In this document: piece after piece, positions 63,226 to 64,000 of the stretch
How positions within the stretch are numbered: position 1 is the stretch's first letter
How the letters are laid out: each line of letters opens with the position of its first letter
NCBI RefSeq assembly: GCF_000143415.4
Contig: NW_003314271.1
Location: forward strand, 372,001 to 436,000
DNA length: 64,000 nt
Reading direction: 5' to 3'
Source of the DNA: Selaginella moellendorffii
Taxonomy: Eukaryota > Plantae > Lycopodiophyta
The notes under the pieces: generated by a model
Seen by the model: only the letters and a program-made list of their open reading frames with translations
What the model was told of the DNA's origin: nothing
Database searches by the model: none
Translations under genes and position numbers: made by a program

Positions 63226-64000
63226 ATGGCCAATCGACTCGCATCATCTCTGGCAAGCAAATGGAAGCTAGTCCAAGGCCAGACATTCTGGAAAGGCATG
63301 CTTGGGAATCCCATGGACGAAACTCTCTGCCAGGAGCTGATCCGCTACGGCCAGCTAATCCAATGCGTGGTGGATGGATTCAACGAAGTCAAGGCATCTC
63401 GCTGGTATGGCCTGTGCATTCACGGCAAGTCACAGCTATTCCACAAGCTCCAGATGGGCAACACCGGCTACACGATCCACAAGTACATCTATGGCAGCAC
63501 CAGAGATCGCCCCCGTCTAATCACAGGTACTGGTACCACCAGGGAGCCCCACACTGGATGGTCTGGCTATCTTGCCATGTCGAACGACCAAGAAAGCTTG
63601 AGATTGGGACGAAGAGACATCCTCCTTGCGTTTCGGGGCATGGAGCTCACTCGGGAGTGGTCGGAGATCGACTCACTCTTGCCCCTTCCTCGGCTGTATC
63701 CAGCGAAACCGGCAGTGGCGGCCGGAAGCTCGTCGCCCGTGTTGGTGTCCGACCATGTAGCCTCACTCTACACTCACTGCTATCCAGGCGAGGAGTTTGG
63801 AAGCACTTGTGTCCGGGATCAGATTGTTTCCACGCTCAGGGGCCTCATCGACGCAAACAGGGACGAAGAGCTGAGCATCACGGTGGCCGGGCATAGCTTG
63901 GGAGGTGCGCTTGCAACCCTGTGTGCCTACGACATTGTCAACGAGAGTGTCAACGCAGCTCCCAATGGTAAGATGATCCCGGTGACCGCATTTGTCATTG
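63226..64000 (+). CDS. Class-3 lipase / phospholipase A1 (DAD1/PLA1-II-like), intronless so far, runs off the window
   Basis: Open frame from ATG 63226: 'WKLVQGQTFWKGMLGNPMD', 'ELIRYG', 'WSGYLAMS', 'RLGRRDILLAFRG', 'SITVAGHSLGGALATLCAYD'. Confidence 0.88.
   Translation, partial: MANRLASSLASKWKLVQGQTFWKGMLGNPMDETLCQELIRYGQLIQCVVDGFNEVKASRWYGLCIHGKSQLFHKLQMGNTGYTIHKYIYGSTRDRPRLITGTGTTREPHTGWSGYLAMSNDQESLRLGRRDILLAFRGMELTREWSEIDSLLPLPRLYPAKPAVAAGSSSPVLVSDHVASLYTHCYPGEEFGSTCVRDQIVSTLRGLIDANRDEELSITVAGHSLGGALATLCAYDIVNESVNAAPNGKMIPVTAFVI

Noticed and set aside
63030-63896. 288-aa ORF in the supplied track
   Set aside because: It is an off-frame shadow of the lipase, whose true frame starts at 63226 and has no stop in the window.

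Overview
This is eukaryotic plant genomic DNA with very short (~50-70 bp) GT-AG introns, tight gene packing and PLS-type PPR debris; a lycophyte such as Selaginella is the best guess (inference). The window has three zones. (1) 1-19.6 kb is a housekeeping block: QWRF/AUG8-like, BRAHMA, a PPR-SMR gene head-to-head with pBRP, and a canonical aromatic amino acid decarboxylase (AADC). (2) 20-43 kb is rich in transposons and pseudogenes. It holds a pol-deleted Gypsy LTR element with a self-priming PBS and a GGGAAAC -1 frameshift, a Helitron RepHel, two intronless microbe-like genes, and a UGT fragment boxed by direct repeats. (3) 43-64 kb is a candidate specialised-metabolism gene cluster: an intronless GGPPS-like gene with a remodelled IPP site, a divergent AADC head-to-head with transit-peptide-less gamma-tocopherol-methyltransferase-like genes, a CYP72-clan P450 and a class-3 lipase. 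The cluster was tandemly duplicated (9431 bp offset) and then lost genes reciprocally, so at least one apparently intact copy of each enzyme type survives. The leading hypothesis is a pathway to an N-methylated, possibly prenylated, aryl-ethylamine alkaloid. All exon structures and alignments were read by eye.
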